A DNA stretch of 36,252 nucleotides. It comes from an archaeon (GTDB lineage: Archaea > Asgardarchaeota > Heimdallarchaeia > Hodarchaeales > S146-22). Location of the stretch: assembly GCA_024276395.1 (NCBI GenBank), contig JAJRXH010000754.1, positions 1 to 36,252 of the forward strand, written 5' to 3'. Numbering within the stretch: the stretch's first letter is position 1; each line of letters opens with the position of its first letter. Shown piece by piece: positions 33,771 to 36,252 of the stretch. The translations under genes and the position numbers were made by a program. The notes under the pieces were generated by a model. It did not search any database and was not told where the DNA came from. It saw only the letters and a list, made by a program, of their open reading frames with translations.

Positions 33771-34412
33771 TCATTTAAATAATAAATTCGCTATTTGTTG
33801 TCTAATCTTAGCTTTTCTGCGATCAAATATGCTCGTAATGGTATTGTCAACGAAAATGTTTCCTTTGTAGACAATGAGCCCGCCTTTATGAGTCAAGGGA
33901 AATTTTCTAACCCGGACTTCAATCTTTGTATCATTTCCGGTTTCCGCCTTGATCTTGGCGGTTGCAGCTTGGACATCAAACATCTTCTGATCATCTTCGG
34001 ATAATTCAACGATGAGTTCGCCACCTTCCAAGGACCTCCCAGCTTGCACTGCTAAATTCAACATGACCTCCTTGTATCTTGGCGTTTCGCGCATGCCATT
34101 AATCTTATTCAAAGCTTCATCAAAAATCGACGTGATCATTTCTTCTTGTGTATTAAGTCGCCTCATTTTATTTTCAATAATGGCCATCGCTCGTTGTCGA
34201 CGAATTTCTGTCTGCTTCAAAGATTCAGCCTCTTCACGAGCTCGTTGAAGAAGATGTTCTATTTCTTCAGTAATCTGCTTCTTGATCGATTCTGAATGCT
34301 CTCTAGCTTCATTAAGAATTAATTCACTCTTTTTTTTCGCATCTTCCAGGATTTCTTGCTTTAAAGATGAAATATCTGGTGGTGCTACGACGACTGCTTC
34401 AGCTTCCGTCAT
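33771..34412 (-). CDS. atpE: A-type (V-type) ATP synthase subunit E
   Basis: The N-terminal helix is charged (ILEDAKKKSELILNEAREHSESIKKQI...). The C-terminal globular part has GGELIVELSEDD, KGGLIVY and DNTITSIFDRRKAKIRQQIANLLF, matching archaeal AtpE. Confidence 0.85.
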   Translation of the reverse strand: MTEAEAVVVAPPDISSLKQEILEDAKKKSELILNEAREHSESIKKQITEEIEHLLQRAREEAESLKQTEIRRQRAMAIIENKMRRLNTQEEMITSIFDEALNKINGMRETPRYKEVMLNLAVQAGRSLEGGELIVELSEDDQKMFDVQAATAKIKAETGNDTKIEVRVRKFPLTHKGGLIVYKGNIFVDNTITSIFDRRKAKIRQQIANLLFK

Positions 34413-34487
34413 CTTGATTCACTTCCCAAGTATTATTCCGTCATTCCAGCAGTGAGACACGGCTTATAAGAGTTGTTTTAGCAGCGC

Positions 34488-35618
34488 TCAAGAGAGCTGT
34501 GATATCGGCACGACTGAGATTTCCTTATAAATATCCGTGCTCACGTTTTCAATGACTTCTTTGACGGTTCTTCTTGTCGCATCAATTTCTTCCTCGGAAT
34601 AAACTGAAAAAATCTTATCTTTCACGTTTCTTTGGATGGTTTCAGATAGAAGATCCGAGAGTGCATCCGAAAGAGTCATTGCACGTTCATACTTTCTTCT
34701 AGTCAAATCTTCAACCATCTCAATGAAGATCAAGCGTTCTAAATCAGGAAGTGAAAGTTTTTCAGCGAAGATGCTTGATATAACAATAACATTTACTTTT
34801 TTCCCTAGAATGCTTATAGCTGGAACGACAGTATTCTTGTAATTAGAAGTCTTGAACAAATTGTTAGATAATCGCACTCTAAAAATCCGCCGTGATTCAT
34901 CAGCCCATGAGCCCAATTTCGTCTGAGCAAGATGCAGAGCACGTCTCAACTTTAACATTTGCATGTATTGATTAAGCACGAAAGTTCCAGAGAGGGGAAT
35001 GGGTCTCTCGATGGGCAAACCTATTCGATGAAGCATCAAGATACGATCCGACATATGACGATGAAAGACTGCCGAAGGCTGAAATGGCTCACCCTTACGA
35101 AAAATAGGCGGAATCTTGCTCATATCCTTGAATGACTCACGTTCGGCGATTCTAAAATCTTCAATGGTAGGAATTCTCTTGGTTTTCAAGGCGATTTTTA
35201 TTGTATTATACATGTACAACACGAACAAATCATAATCATTATCATCAAGAAAACGTAGGAGAGGTGCCGTAACGGCAATCCAAACAAAGCGCGTGTCATT
35301 TTCACGTAATAACATCATTTCACGTGATGGAAAAAGATCATTTTCGTTTTCGACCGCCGAGGAGGAAGAACTCATCATTTTCTCAAGAATTGGCCCAAAG
35401 TCGTACGTGTGATACCACAATATCCCCATTCTGTTATTATTTCTCACGATAAATCCATCTAACGCTGTAAAACGAACTTGTTGCCCCAAAAAATAGGTAT
35501 CTTCATGACTAGATGCAAGTTCTTCAAATTTTTTTGCCAATGACTCTTCTAACAACAATCGTTGAGCTAAAGACATCCGTAAACGCGGATGAACCCAAGA
35601 AACATTTTTCTCATTCAT
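34488..35618 (-). CDS. Hypothetical protein (376 aa), no recognisable motif
   Basis: A long ORF co-directional with atpE. Coding-like composition is the only support. Confidence 0.45.
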   Translation of the reverse strand: MNEKNVSWVHPRLRMSLAQRLLLEESLAKKFEELASSHEDTYFLGQQVRFTALDGFIVRNNNRMGILWYHTYDFGPILEKMMSSSSSAVENENDLFPSREMMLLRENDTRFVWIAVTAPLLRFLDDNDYDLFVLYMYNTIKIALKTKRIPTIEDFRIAERESFKDMSKIPPIFRKGEPFQPSAVFHRHMSDRILMLHRIGLPIERPIPLSGTFVLNQYMQMLKLRRALHLAQTKLGSWADESRRIFRVRLSNNLFKTSNYKNTVVPAISILGKKVNVIVISSIFAEKLSLPDLERLIFIEMVEDLTRRKYERAMTLSDALSDLLSETIQRNVKDKIFSVYSEEEIDATRRTVKEVIENVSTDIYKEISVVPISQLS

Positions 35619-35676
35619 GTACTAATCGCCATTCGATTTCGTTAACTTGAAAGTGACCAATTATTAAAAACTCTGA

Positions 35677-36234
35677 TTAAAATCGAGTTCTAGCTCTAAG
35701 GTATGAACCCATAAACATCAGAGTAAAGACAATGAAAGCAACGAAGATTGCCAATGACTTGGCAATTCTAAAATCAACATTTGGAATGTAGCTCGTGATT
35801 AAATTTAGGGCTTGAAAGAATAGCAAAGTTGCCCACCCACTAATCGAGGTAGCACCGCGAGTAGGGGACAAACCTCTCCACACTCTGATGGTTATGATAG
35901 ATAAACCGACAATGATGGCAAACCAATGAATGAATATCAAGAAATCACCAAATGATTGAGGATAAATGACCAAAAGGCCTTCTAGGACCGCATAGATGAT
36001 GATTACAACGATGGTAATGGGAATTTCAGGTACTTGAATCGTGCGGTCAACCTCTCTTGCCCCCTCGTAAATCAAATAGATGACACCACCAAAGGTGACA
36101 CTATCCGCAAGAATGATCGTTGAGATATACATAAATTCTAAATTAGAAAGCCACGTTTCCAGCATTTTCTGAAAAAATGGAAGGATGCCGGAATAAAAAG
36201 CCCATGATACAATTAATGGTAAGGGTAGATACAA
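35677..36234 (-). CDS. Hypothetical polytopic membrane protein (about 5-6 TM), possibly 5'-partial at the window edge
   Basis: Hydrophobic helices run throughout. The track start is TTG 36234, but the frame stays open to the window end. There is no c-subunit GxGxGxG motif. Confidence 0.45.
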   Translation of the reverse strand: MYLPLPLIVSWAFYSGILPFFQKMLETWLSNLEFMYISTIILADSVTFGGVIYLIYEGAREVDRTIQVPEIPITIVVIIIYAVLEGLLVIYPQSFGDFLIFIHWFAIIVGLSIITIRVWRGLSPTRGATSISGWATLLFFQALNLITSYIPNVDFRIAKSLAIFVAFIVFTLMFMGSYLRARTRF

Positions 36235-36252
36235 GATACCGATTAGCAGAGA

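Noticed and set aside
34488-35618. Idea that the 376-aa protein upstream of atpE is A-ATPase subunit C (d-like)
   Set aside because: The size fits and the N-terminal HPRLRMSLAQRLLLEE faintly recalls the subunit-C ARVR..LL repeat. The repeat does not recur three times, and nothing else aligns from memory.

Overview
AT-rich (roughly 60% A+T by eye), gene-dense archaeal chromosomal segment. Archaeal markers: ribosomal proteins eL42 and eS26, A-type ATPase subunit E, the archaeal mevalonate trio HMG-CoA synthase / thiolase / DUF35, and two tRNAs with archaeal hallmarks. One of these is an initiator tRNA with an A1:U72 pair. Several products look eukaryote-like: an 813-aa EF-2 ending in EDYYDKL, a Roadblock/LC7 protein and a JAMM/MPN+ protease. 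This fits an Asgard-type (or TACK) archaeon, but I cannot confirm the lineage without a database search. The main finding is a 1168-aa ORF (23422-26928, minus strand) that aligns block for block with the CD36/LIMP-2/SR-B scavenger receptor family, which is normally considered eukaryotic. It keeps the two-TM hairpin topology and carries a ~700-aa repeat-rich, heavily sequon-decorated insertion where the CD36 apex helices would sit. Other notable points: (1) the thiolase of the mevalonate trio has Asp in place of the nucleophilic Cys; (2) both tRNAs carry a non-canonical insertion in the D-loop; (3) a ~90-bp MITE-like element with 12-bp terminal inverted repeats occurs three times, twice supplying the 3' end of an ORF; (4) a perfect 79-bp tandem duplication frameshifts a membrane-protein gene; (5) short perfect tandem duplications (13-24 bp) recur in spacers. 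The left end (1-5.6 kb) looks accessory: a truncated archaeal-ATPase gene, a VapBC pair, and an uncharacterised wHTH / P-loop ATPase / coiled-coil cluster. No CRISPR array, rRNA or recognisable transposase gene was seen. All domain calls come from reading the translations for motifs; no searches were run.
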